From: Hemiscyllium ocellatum
Taxonomy: Eukaryota
NCBI RefSeq assembly: GCF_020745735.1
Contig: NC_083409.1
Span: 51,232,048 to 51,296,047 of the forward strand
Direction: 5' to 3'
DNA length: 64,000 nt
The number at the start of each line of letters is the position of its first letter. The first letter of the stretch is position 1. Of this stretch, positions 48,421 to 60,730 are shown in pieces. Position numbers and translations under genes: made by a program. A model generated the notes under the pieces. The model saw nothing but the letters and a program-made list of their open reading frames with translations. It had not been told where the DNA came from and made no database searches.

Positions 48421-49892
48421 ACTGTATCTAGCCAGCCTGGGCTAAGCCCACCACTATGGTCACCTCCACAATCTAGACAGATACCCAGCAAAGCAAGATG
48501 AAGGCAAATTACCTTTTTTGCACTGCCAAATTAAATGTCACACTCTTCTCTCTGCTACCTGACACTCACTCTATCTCTGTTTCTGCAGACACCTCGACGG
48601 TCATGTTCTACCATTCTCACTGTTGCATGCAAGTGCTATGTTAGACAAAGGCCATTCACCACCTCTGAGGAGAAGAATTCATAGGTCTCAGAGGTAACAC
48701 CACAACTCAGCCTTCTGCAGCTGCCCCAGCTCAAATACAGGCACCTCAGTGGAAGTGTGAGCCAGAGTAGAATTGAGAGCACAGGCCGGTGAGTACATTC
48801 ACAGCCACATCTCTGCAGCTAGTTGAGGATGAAACGCCCTAGGCTGCTGGCACTTGGAGGATGCCAGAGACAAGGCACCTGCTGAGTTTCAGACAGGAGA
48901 GTATCCTATGGTACTGCCAATCAGGGACTTTGTGCACATGTACAAGAAGACGCAGGAGTACCAGGCAAGTATCCACAGGTATGTGGGAGACGTTGGCCTT
49001 CATAGCCTAGAGACCACATGACTGGTGGTATGTTATGCGGACTCAGTTGCCTCAAGCATGTAATCATCTAGCTACCTTCATAGACAGGTTTGCCGCTGGC
49101 ATGGAGAACCACATCAAACCATCTCTGGATTTCCTGCACTCCATTACCCTTACAATTGGTCCTCAGCAACAAACTGCAAATGAAGTTTCACTTGTGGTTC
49201 AAACTTGGTCAGAATGCCACTAACTCTATTTCTATGTGTCTTTAGGTCACCCCTACTCTGACATGGAACAATGCCTGACTTGAAAAGCTGCTGCATCACT
49301 TTAGTGCAATGTGGACAGTCATTTGGGACAGACTCTGACAACTAGGCATGATTGTTCCAGGTCCAATAATATTGGTATGGTATCACTGATCCCAATGCCA
49401 AAGGGTTAGTTTTGTATGAAATGGTCAGCAATATTTGGAACTGGAGGTGTACAGCACAGAGTGAGGCAATGCATAAGGGTCGGCAAGAGTTAGGACTCAC
49501 AGGTGTGTATCCTCTACAGTAAATGGATCTATGTGCGTGTTGTTGACTCTTGAAGATCTTTATTTAATTGGGTTCTGCAATCTCCCTTATAGTCAAAGAA
49601 TTATCTTGGCTATTCCAGGTTGGTTGTGACCACTTTCTTTGCCATTTTGCAACTGCAATGTTCAGTAGCAAGCTGCAGATGTCATCAGATACCTGCTCGA
49701 ACTTTCAATTCCAGAATTGTCAATGTTTACTTGCTTCACTGCAGGTGATCAGATAGGAAATGGCATAGTAATGAGGACATTAGCAAGCCATAATCTCCAC
49801 TAACTGGCATCTCACTGCTGTCTAATAAGAATCTCATTCCAATGCATGAATTTTAATTGGAAAATGCAGTGAATTGCTTCCACTGTCAAGAA

Positions 49893-50625
49893 GGTCCCAG
49901 GGAGTGTTGCTGAACAAAGAGACCTTGGAGTACAGGGTCATAGCTCCTTGAATGTGGAGTCGCAGGTAGATAGGATAGTGAAGAAAGCGTTTGGTATGCT
50001 TTCCTTTATTGGTCAGAGTATTGAGTACAGGAGTTTGGAGGTCATGTTGCGGCTTTACAGGACATTGGTTAGGCTACTGTTGGAATATTGCATGCAATTC
50101 TGGTCTCCTTCCTGTCGGAAAGATGTTGTGAAACTTGAAAGGCTTCAGAAAAGATTTACAAGGATAATGCCAGGGTTGGAAGATTTGAGCTATAGGGAGA
50201 GGCTGAACAGGCTGGAGCTGTTTTCCTTGGAGCGTCGGAGGCTGAGGGGTGACCTTATAGAGGTTTACAAAACTATGAGGGGCATGGATAGGGTAAATAG
50301 GCAAAGTCTTTTCCCTGGGTTGGGGAGTCCAGAACTAGAGAGCATAGGCTTAGGTTGAGATGGGAAAGATATAAAAGACACCTAAGGGGCAACTTTTTCA
50401 CGCAGAGGGTGGTACATGTATGGAATGAGCTGCCAGAGGAAATGGTGGAGGCTGGTACAATTGCAACATTTAAGAGGCATTTGGATGGGTGTATGAATAG
50501 GAAGGGTTTGGAGGGATATAGGCCAGGTGCTGGCAGGTGGGACTAGATTGGGTTGGGATATCTGGTTGGCATGAACGGGTTGGACCAGAGGGTCTGTTTC
50601 CATGCTGTACATCTCTATAACTCTC
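49893..50625 (+). mobile_element. CR1 (HER1-like) LINE, 5'-truncated, young
   Basis: ORFs 49948-50358 and 50355-50546 encode the CR1 ORF2 C-terminus. Same subfamily as 32358-33197. Confidence 0.95.
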
Positions 50626-50938
50626 TAAATGTCTTGCCTGATTTCTCTCACAATTCTCCCTGATTTCTCACCATAGCCTATGACATTCAGGCACCTATTA
50701 TATTCTGTTCTACATCATCAATGTCTCACCTCTGCTCAATGCATCGCACCATTATCAGCTACCTGGCAACACTTCCTGGCATTTAGAACTCTAACTTAAC
50801 ATCTAGATACTCTATTTCCCATTATAGACATTCCAACAGTATCAGCCTTGTTTTCTGATCCAGTTATTCAACTGTGCAATCAGGTAGTCCAAACATGGTG
50901 TATCAAAATACATTAACAATCCTGCCTGTCTCTTGCAG

Positions 50939-51070
50939 GCACACAATAGAAGGGAGCAGAATAGAACTGGAAGAATGAAGAAATCCTGCATCATCTGAAC
51001 CCTGCAAAGAAAATGGTGCTAGTTACAACAGACACGGTGGCATCTAGTGTCACTAAAAATGTTGAGAATG
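50939..51070 (+). pseudogene. Decayed Myb/SANT-like exon (Harbinger-type)
   Basis: A splice-acceptor-like tctcttgcag is followed by AHNRREQNRTGR. Confidence 0.4.
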
Positions 51071-53044
51071 ATGGTATATTTGTGCCTTAAACCCCTCTCA
51101 ATACCCTCAAGACCTGGTATAATAAAGTAATTGCTGGGAATGCCACCATAAATTTCTTGCTTTTATTCCATTGTATTTCCTCATTCCAACCTTTCCCTTC
51201 TAATTTCAGGTTCTCAGACATCTGCTGTTCACCAGCCACATCCAAAAGGAGGATAGAAAGCAAAATTATGGCACTGATGATGAACTCCCATCAGTTGATC
51301 TGACATTTGGTCATCAGTTCTCAAATTGTCAGTGCACATGAATCAGTAGGGACCGAGATGCTGAGTGTATTGGCTGGTTTGCCAGACAGCCTTCTGCTGC
51401 TGCCAAGAAGCATGGTGACTCCATAATTCCAGCAGTCTGAATCTCTATTTCATAGAGCTTGCTGTTTCCTCAGTTCCTGTTCCATTTCTCAGACAAGGTT
51501 CTGACCCACAAACAGTGCAACTAGAGATGAGCAACTGATTGCAGCCAAAGTGTGGAGAATCACAAAGATTCTGTTCACACTGCTTGGATTCAGCAATAAT
51601 CCCGGACAACAGCCCCTCCAAAAACATTCCAGACTCCTTTCAGACATTTAATGCAACAGCGGAACTTTCTCTAAATTACCAGTACTTGAAATGTGGAAGC
51701 CTGGCCCTTTAAAGAAAACTAGTACCGGGCCCATCTTCCAAATGAAAGCATACTTTTTGGTGAATGGCCTGTGAATATGCCAAATGGACTTGTATTTACA
51801 AAGTTTGCAAATGGAACATCAAATCTAACAGCATTATGACAGTACCAGTTCTGAAGCTTGCAGTGCAACTGGGATTGCTCAGTGTCTTATGTGGCAACAC
51901 ACAGATCCTGTTGGAAGTAACTGGATCTGCAGAATGTCCCTCTTAAAGGGTCTTCAGCTTCCATTGCTACAGATTCAATAATGTTTATGTGAGCCTTTCT
52001 GAAAAGTGCTTAAAATCTATCAGTCCTTCATAATCTTTTATTGAGAATACCTGTTTTGTCTCAGCAATGAGTTCTAATAAACCTGGGAAATAGTAATTGT
52101 TTCTTCCAAGTTATCAGTGAAACACTGCCCTGACAAACAGAACATAATTATAAAAGCAATTAGATGGTTTCCTGAAGAATATGTAGAAGAATATAAAAAA
52201 AAGATTATTTTTGAAGAAAAATTGTTGCTTGAACAAGAGGAAAAAATCCATTAAAAGGTGCAAACAGTAAAGTGCAGTTAGTTTAAGTGGTTTGTATGAA
52301 GAAAACTATCAGCACATATTTAATAATCTGTTGTGTTGTCACACTCTACAATTCTATTGATGTGAGGTAGGTCATGTACAATCTACAGTTGACAAAATGA
52401 TTCAGCTGCAGTCCAAACTCTCTCTGACTGGCACCAATATATAGAAATACCAATGCTTTTCTTTGCATTTTTTCACACATGTACATGCTGTACTCTTACT
52501 GAAGTTCCTTTGTAATGTTTCAAGCATAGAGGTAAAAACACATTAGCTGAATTTAGAAGTTTCCATCTGGTTCAGTAGGCTGAATAGGCACTTCTGATGT
52601 CTGGCTTTCCATGGAACTGGAGACAGCCTCTTGGAGGGGGTCTCACATCATTTAACTTTACTGCATTTGCGAATGGCAATATAACTTTCCTATAAATCAT
52701 GACATATTCAACTTCATAGCATTGTGATTTAGATAACTTATCCAAAGCAATATCTCTGATAGTGTCAATTGCAATTATTCTTTATTCAAATAATATTAAT
52801 CGATACACATTTTTTAAAAAACTACAGAACTACAGGCAAATCAACAGTCATTATAATAGTTTTTTTAATATATGGGCACATTATTTTTCCCAGAAGAGAA
52901 CCTCTAATTTGCATTCAAATGATAGAAATGGATTTCCAATGTTTGAGTGCAGAGAGCAAGTGTGCGCTTGTAATTATACTCTGCCATTTTAAAAAATACT
53001 TGAACTATGACTTGAATGATTTTGTTAGTTTGTGGAAAATAAGG

Positions 53045-53335
53045 GATATCTTGTATTTAGCTAGCACATTTTCAGCAAGTGAAGTTTTTTTTGAATGATC
53101 ATTGTTGTAATTTATTATAAGCAGTAGCCAATTTTGTGCATAGCAGTGATCAGCAAATGAAACATGGTAATGACCGGATAGTCAGTCAGTTTTTAATAAT
53201 GTTAGTTGAGGAATATAAATTGGTCAGGACACCAAGGAACACTCCTTTTCCCTTCTTCAGTTAGTGATTCAAGAATCTCCTACGCTCATTTGAAATGGCA
53301 GATGTGCCTTTGCTTTAGCATATCATCCAAAAGCA
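53045..53335 (-). mobile_element. Deu-domain SINE, old
   Basis: Reverse-complement motifs gccaattttgtgcatagc, taatgaccggatagtc and gttgagg...aattggtcaggacacc. Confidence 0.65.
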
Positions 53336-53559
53336 TACTTTTTAAAAAGTAATTTTCATTGGTTATATTTATGTAATATTCACTGGTTAATAATTATTTT
53401 ATATTCCTCAAATGCTTAACTTTGAAGACATGCTGCTAAATGTTCCTTCACCAACAAAACTTTGTGTAGTACTTCCTTGACCCAAATTTTGATGGATAAA
53501 ATAATGTCGACGTTATTTATGTATAAATCAGCCATTATTAATGTATAATCACTAAAGAT

Positions 53560-53860
53560 ACTTAGACAACACCTTCCAAACCAAACACCACTTCCACCAA
53601 GGAGGACAATGGTAGCAGATACATATGAATACCACCACCTGCAAGTTCCCTTCCAAATCACTCACCATCATGATTTGGAAATGTATTACCATTCTTTCAG
53701 TGTCACTAGGTCAAAATCCAGAAGTTCCTCCCTAATGGCATTGTGGGTCTACATATAGCACATGGACTGCAGTGGTTCAAGAAGACAACTCACCATTATC
53801 TTCCCAAGGGCAAATAGGTACAGGCAATAAATGCTGGGCAGCCAGCAACACCCCTTAAGT
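53560..53860 (+). mobile_element. L2/CR1-group LINE 3' end
   Basis: caccacctgcaagttcccttccaaatcactcaccatc...aagggcaaataggtacaggcaataaatgctggg. Confidence 0.85.
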
Positions 53861-54104
53861 GAATTTTTAAAAAAAGAGGTATCTTGTGAATTGTGGATAA
53901 CCACAAACTGTTCCAGCATTAGCTTTATGAAAATGGCATCTTATAAAGAGCTTTAGTGAAACCACACTTAAGCAATGTTCCTTCTAGTTACATGTATCTC
54001 TGAGATTCATGCATGGTAATGTCTTCCAGAACGAATGCCAATTGCCATGCGTGTAACCTGGAGCAGCTACATTAATGTGCAGTTATGCAGCTTCAAGTGA
54101 ACTT

Positions 54105-54590
54105 TGCACCTCAGTATTGTGTGCAATTTTGGTTTCCCCATTTGAGGAAAGATGTTCTGGCTATGGAGGGAGTGCAATGAAGGTTTACCAGTCTGATTCC
54201 TGGGGCTGGAATGTATGATGTATGAAAAGAGACTGGATTGATTAGGACAATATTCACTGGAGTTTAGAACAATAATGGAAGATCTCATTGAAGCCTATAA
54301 AATTCCAACAGGATGAGACAGACCCAATATAGGAAGGACTTCTAATGACCGAGGAGTCCAGAACTGGGGGGTCACAATCTAAGATTGAGAGTAGGCCATT
54401 TAGATGAGAGAAAATTTCTTCACCCAGAGTAGTGAGCCTCTGGATTCTATGCTACAGAAAGCAGTGAGGCCAAAACATTGAATGTTTCAAGAAGAAGATA
54501 GGTATAGTTCTTAGGACTAAGGAGATTGAAGGGTATGGAGGAGAAAGTGGGAATAGGGTTCATTTGGATTATCAGCCATGATTGTATGAG
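54105..54590 (+). mobile_element. CR1 3' end
   Basis: YCVQFWFPHLRKDVLAMEGVQ.RFT.LIPG; aatttcttcacccagagtagtgag. Confidence 0.85.
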
Positions 54591-55344
54591 AGCTACAGCA
54601 TGCAGATTGGGGCAGTTGTGGGAGTGAGGTCAAGCCCGAAGTCAGGGAGGTCAAATCCTGTGAGGAGTGCAAGCCCAGCCTGGTTAGGCACTTATGGATG
54701 GTGGTGTTGAACTGCTAACTGTGTTTTTTGATATTTCCTAAGAAGGATTGTAATGTACCTTAGACAGTGTCATAAATGGCGACTGGTAAACTTTTCACTA
54801 CTCATTAGTGAACATGTGACAAGAAATCTAATTCCTTCCTTGTATGGAATTGTGGAGAAGACTTGAAAGGCTTACTCCTGTTCGTATTTATTATGCACCT
54901 ATACTAAGCTTCCTATGTTTTCCATGAAGTAATCGTATTTGCAAATTATTCCTCCATTAGTCTCTGAGAAAGGCAAGTCAAACAATTATCAGCATAATTA
55001 CCATTTTTAATGTTCTGATAATTATTAATGATTTCACTCAATCTCTTTTGCTCATAAAGAAAACAATTATTAACATGGATTATTTAGACTGTGAACTGGT
55101 TTTGGACATTTAATTTTTTTTTATTTGCCTTGCTGTCTCTTTTTTGTCTTCCTCTCTCTCCCTCTACTAAACCTCTTCTATCCCTCTCCTTATTTCTCTT
55201 CTTATACTCTATTGGACATTGAATTCAGTTAATTTTCCAAACGAATTGATTAAAAAAATACACAGATTGTTTTGCATTTGGCACTACAGCATGTACTTTG
55301 TGGTCAGAATGTGTAAATACTAAAATTGTAAATCCATGATATAC

Positions 55345-55725
55345 AAAAAGAACAAAGAAATTTTCAGGTCATTCAGCCCTCCAAACCTGTGCCCATCCAG
55401 AGCCTCTATCTAAAGTTGTCACCTATTTTCTAAGGATCTGTATCCGTCTGCCCCCTGCCCATTCATGTATCTGTCTGGATACATCTTAAATGACACTATC
55501 GTGCCTGTCTTTACCACCTCCACTGGCAATGTGTTCCAAGCACTCACCACCCTTTGTGTAAAGAACTTTACACGCATATCTTCCCTAAACTTTCCCCCTC
55601 TCACCTTGAACTCGTGATGCCTAGTAATTGAGTACTCCACTCTGGGAAAAAGCTTCTTGCTATCCACCCAGTCTATACTTCTCATGATTTTGTAGCCTCA
55701 GTCTGGTCTCTCCTCAACCTCCATC
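55345..55725 (-). mobile_element. CR1 3' end
   Basis: ORF 55419-55685(-) ...KFFTQRVVSAWNTLP...SFKMY.DRYMN. Confidence 0.9.
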
Positions 55726-56759
55726 CATGTTATGATATGCCTCCTCTCCAGAAATAATCTGACTGTTTATCTTTACTGTACAATAATCCAAAATTAACAG
55801 TATTTAACCTGGTGTATGTTACCACTAGATGGGGTTATATATCTTCAAATACTTTTCGTGGCAGCAGATACTTGAAAAATTCAATGTGCTCCATAATTTA
55901 AAATGATTATTCTCTGCCAGTACTTTAGAGGGAAAACTAAAGACTCCAATCTTTATCAAAAGCATCAAACAATCCACAATTTTTCACTCTATACAATGCT
56001 TTCAGGCTATTCCAGCAGCATAATCTTTACTTAAGAACTTCCTTTGAAAATAACACTCAAAATTCATGTGGATTGTCAACCTGCAATAATCCAATTTACC
56101 CAAGATTAAACATTTGTAGTGACATGGTTATGCTAATCTTTGGCTTGCTGTCCATATTATCATTGAATTTATATATATTTGTATCTACGCAATGAAATCA
56201 TTTGGAAAACACCCTAAAACATATAAAAATATTCTTTATATCAGGTTCAATGAAAATAACTCAGGCTGAATTTTGCAGTAGTTCTCTATGAAAACCATTG
56301 GTAATATCTAATGTCCATATTAATGCAGATAATGAGTTGTTCCGGTTGTCCAGAACGTAATTAACTAGAATTTTATGAACTGACTCTTAGTCTATTAGAC
56401 TTGATGTACAAACCCCTTAACAAGCTAAAGAGTAATTGGATTTTTAATGTCATCATAATTTCTCAATTAGTAATGAATACCCTCACTGGCCTTGTTTGTG
56501 GAATATCTAACTTTTCAATTATGATAAACTGATTCAAATATTTTTAATTTTTTTTCTTGTGTTTGTTTATCTGAACTATATCTTCTATCTTAATCCAATA
56601 ATAATTTGCTATCTGAAATGCTGAATTTGAAATAAAGACATTCAGTGCTTCGAACATGACCTTTCCCACCTTTGCCAATACTCCTTTCTAAGCAGTACAC
56701 AAACAAGGCGGGAGATAGTGGGCAGCTCTGCCTGATTTCAGATCTTAATGAGAAACTTT

Positions 56760-58740
56760 ATGATCACCACCCCTTGATTGAGACTGCATTAATTATGTCA
56801 ATGTAGAGCAGCCAGACCCAATACGGATCCCCTTCACAAACTCCATTTTGGAGACCACATGCCTCACATAGGTGTGTGAAATCCTGCCAAAAGTTTCTTG
56901 TACAAGCTGATGAGACAGCTGTCTTGCATGTATGCAATCATTGAATTCCCTGACCGGTACAGCGCATGTTTGGTCTGGGTGAATCATTGATCCCAGAGCA
57001 GACCTGACCCAGTTTCCGATGACTTTGGATGGGATTTTATAATCCACATTCAACAGTGAAGTTGGTCACCAATTTCTAATTTCCTCACTCTTCCTGTTCT
57101 GCTTGTAGATGAGGAGGAAGTGAGGACTGCAGATGCTGGAGATCAGAGTCGAGAAAGTAGTGCTGGAAAAGCACAGCTGGTCAGGCAGCATCTGAGGAGC
57201 AGGAGAATCAACATTTTGGGCATAAGCCCTTCCTGATGAAGAGCTTATGCCTGAAAAGTTGATTCTTCTGTCCCTCAGATGCTGCCTGACCAGCTGTGCT
57301 TTTCCAGCACCACACTCTTGACTTTGCTTGTAGATGAGGCTGATGATGCCCTTCCTCATGGATTCACTGATACTGTCACACACTTCCTGCAGGTCCCAGC
57401 CAATCAAATCCCACAGAGTTGATTACAACTTAGCCAGTAAGCCATCACTTCTGGGAGTTTAACTCTTCTCAAAGAACTGAAGGGCCTTGGTCAGCTCATT
57501 GAGGTTGTCCAGCCTCTCCCATGTGCTGTTGACTAAAATCTCCATGATAGAGGTCAGGAATGACTGGGAGGCTGTGCTGTCTGTGAACTTCATGTCATAC
57601 AGTTTGCCATAAATGTATTGGTTGATCCTCAAAATGTCATGCTGAGATGACGTTACCAAGCCATCTTCTTCGTTCAGTCTGCTGATCACAGAGCTCTACC
57701 TGAAAGAAGAAATGCAAGCATGCCTCATCTTGCTCTAGAGTGGAAGATTATCTTGGAGGCTGCCTAGACAAAGAGCAAGGCTTGCTGGCTCTTCATCTGT
57801 TGGAGATCGTTCTTGACATTGATCCCAATTGCCTGCAGCAGGAGTAGGTTCTTCATGCCTCTCTGGAACCTTTTTTCCCATCTCTGTCTTCACGCTGACC
57901 ACTTTTGAGGATGAATAACCTCTTGATGTACCCTTTGACTGTTTCCCACAAGTCCACTGGAGATTCAAAGGAAACTTGGTTCTCCATGGTTCTCCAACCT
58001 GTGAAATCACTTTTGAATTCCTCATTGTGTTCTGGGGTCAACATGTTCAGCTTCCATGTTCCCTTGTCATCCCACTGGTCATCCTGAAAGTAAGAGTCAG
58101 CCAGTAGGAGGCAGTGGTCAGAGAAGAACACCAGAAATCTACCTTTGAGTGGAGAGACCCGTCTGGCTGTGATCATGCAAGTCTATGCTGCACTGCATCT
58201 GCAGAGATGCTGCAGCTGGGCATCTTTTACCACTCCCATCACAACTTTACATGTGACATTCAATTTGCTGTCAGTCCCTCTGGATCTTCCAGCCACATTG
58301 ATAATGCAGTTTAAGCCACTGGCCAGAATGATTGGTCTGGACATTGCCAACAGCAGTGAGAACTGCTGAAGAATGGATAGCTGCATTCTTTATCATTGGG
58401 GCATACATGCTAATTAGTCTCAGGGGAGCTTTTCTGTACATGAAGTCTGCTATGAAGAGGCAACACCCATCCTCTCCTCAACTTCAGATCTAGTGAAGTT
58501 GCCTCCTCACAACAGAATACCCAGGCTGGCATAATGGCAGTCGTTACCCTCCCCCCAATCACCAGACTGATAGCCCATGGGCCCACAAGTTTGACCATTC
58601 CCTGTAGCTGCTGAGCTGTGGTATCCCACACTCCTGCAGAAACAGGAGGTCTGCTTTGATGTTGACCAGGTAAGCCAAACTGGAGACACGTCATGTAGTG
58701 GCTTTTACGCTACACATGCTGGCAATTTCCATATCCATTT
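56760..58740 (-). mobile_element. Tx1-clade L1 ORF2 remnant (AP endonuclease to RT N-terminus)
   Basis: Minus-strand remnants KADLLFLQECG (EN), FFSDHCLL, KGTWKLN, WETVKGYIKR, KGIISLIYKQ..EEIRNW and LLNVDYKI.SKV..N......IHPDQTCAVP. Frameshifted throughout. Confidence 0.9.
57115..57324. mobile_element. Fold-back Penelope-derived insert with ~15-bp TSD and hammerhead-like core
   Basis: TSD tgcttgtagatgagg at 57100-57114 and 57325-57339; inverted arms of about 80 bp; CTGATGA at 57233 and GAAA at 57253. Confidence 0.88.
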
Positions 58741-60081
58741 TAAGTACACCATATTTAAAATGGTAGTCCAATAAATGTTCACGTGGTGAGCTCCTGCGTC
58801 CCTCGTAGGCTGAGCTGTCTGTCCTGTTTCTCTAACATTCCCTATATTTGTCACAGCTAATTAGTTGTTTTGAAGTCCAAAGGCGGACCTCGCAGCCAAG
58901 TTATACACTGGGTTGTGCTCACAGCAGTGAGATAAACGATAGTTCACAGTATAATACAGGCAGTAGCGCCAATGCATTTAGAGGTTCCCAGTCGGGCAAA
59001 TCAACAGATCCACACGTTGAATAGAAAACTGAAGTTTACGACTAAATTGTCAACACAATTTCCACCTTTTTCGGCATCTTTCAGATTAGATGTATCCTGG
59101 TAACGTTAGGTCTTGATCTTTATACAAGTAAGATTTTAATGAGAATTTAATAATTGTCATCTTAATTGCGCATGTGTGAATCAACGTGTGGATTTCAGCA
59201 CCGCATTGACTCGGTTGAATGGGATGAATTGCCGGAAAAGCTCTGTCTGAATATTACGTAGAGTTGAAGCTCTGATTATAATTAACATATGCCATTAAGT
59301 TAATGATCCTCTTTTACCATAGTTTACTATACTGAACGTACTTGAAAGCTAACAGGGAATATTTTAACCTATCAATTTACTGTACACTTAAGTAGTTTAT
59401 GCATAATGGCTACTGAAGTAAAATGTCACTTCATCCTTTATTTGACTGGCAGTAGTTCTAAAACGACAGAAACGACTTTTACTCAAAATCGAAGCAAATG
59501 CGAGGGAAACAAATCCCATTCCAAATGTTGAATTTGAATTTTCGATTTGTCTGTTTTTAAAGGTGGCTGTACATGAATAGTTTTCGGTTTCAAGAAAAAA
59601 AAGTGTCACTGATCTTGAAAATATTGTTATTGAACAAGATAACTGATTAACAAGCTAATTTCGAAAATTTCAACAGGCCAAGCACTGGTTGGCATTGCTC
59701 AGATTTCTGCAGTTGCATCATTGAATAAAAATCGTGGCTTTAACCCAGTTACTCCTATTTTCTCTGTATATCTCTAAGTAGAAGCTCTGTTTTTTCTGTC
59801 TCATCAATTACCCAATGCTAATCTGTTTTCTTGTAATTACGTTGGTTCTGTAACTAGTGGTGTAATTAAATGTCGGCTTCTAGCACAACTCCATCAACTT
59901 TAATCACAAACATACTTGTAATTACCAAGCTCCCTTTAAAAAAATAAACTTTAAAAATGCTGAACTCGCGACGCATTTTCCATTGATCCCGAGAGTCAAA
60001 AAAGTAGTAAGAGCTGACCTTTAAACTTAACACTCACCCAAAAGGGGGCCCCTAAAATCCGAATGACTCTAGTGTAATGTG

Positions 60082-60091
60082 CTCCAATCGG
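60082..60091 (+). promoter_or_regulatory. CCAAT box (NF-Y-like, CTCCAATCGG)
   Basis: CCAAT at 60084-60088, about 360 bp upstream of the HMCN1 ATG and just before a GA-rich putative 5'UTR. Confidence 0.45.
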
Positions 60092-60371
60092 CACACAGCA
60101 CTCTCCAGGGTATCATCTTGCCTGCGTGAGGAGAAGGAAGAGCCTGACCGGAGCGGTGAAGCTGCAGTCTGAGTTAAATTCTCCAACAGCTAGGCTGCTT
60201 CAGAGAATTGGGGACATTAACCAGCCCAGCTGTTTAACAGAGGAAAGCGAAATCGAGCGAGGAGGAGACCCATTTGCAGTTCTAACTAACCCCAAACTGC
60301 TTTTGGCGGCCAGAACAGAAGAGATACACATTTATTATTGATTCTCAGATCGAAGTTTTTTTTTGTTCTAA

Positions 60372-60401
60372 ATGTATCGTTTACATTTGAACGTCTTTTG
60401 A
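60372..60401 (+). other. Upstream ORF (MYRLHLNVF*) in the putative HMCN1 5'UTR
   Basis: ATG TAT CGT TTA CAT TTG AAC GTC TTT TGA. It is out of frame with the main ATG and ends 43 nt before it. Inclusion in the transcript is assumed. Confidence 0.4.
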
Positions 60402-60444
60402 CTTTTGAGCAGGTTTTTTTTTAAAAGTCTTGTTGTTATTTGAA

Positions 60445-60730
60445 ATGACTGTGCCAATGAATTTTAAATGGTTATTTAAAATCTGCACAGCCTGCCTGGT
60501 CCTGCTGTCCCAGTCGACAGCTCAAGATGCTCCTTCTCGTGCGAGCGAGGAGAGAGCGGAGGACATCCCAGAGGGAGCCTCGACTCTGGCCTTTGTGTTT
60601 GATGTGACTGGGTCCATGTACGATGATTTAGTTCAAGTTATTGAAGGAGCCTCGAAGATTTTAGAAACCTCTCTGAGTCGACCCAAGAAGCCGCTACATA
60701 ATTTTGCTCTTGTGCCCTTTCATGATCCAG
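60445..60730 (+). CDS. HMCN1: Hemicentin-1, first coding exon (signal peptide + N-terminal VWA domain); gene continues beyond this exon
   Basis: Translation [95 protein letters not shown] matches my recollection of the vertebrate HMCN1 N-terminus ([51 protein letters not shown]). It has a hydrophobic signal peptide and the MIDAS-type DVTGS motif. The exon ends at a canonical phase-1 donor CAG|GTAAGA (GT at 60731). A second in-frame ATG lies at 60457. Confidence 0.96.
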
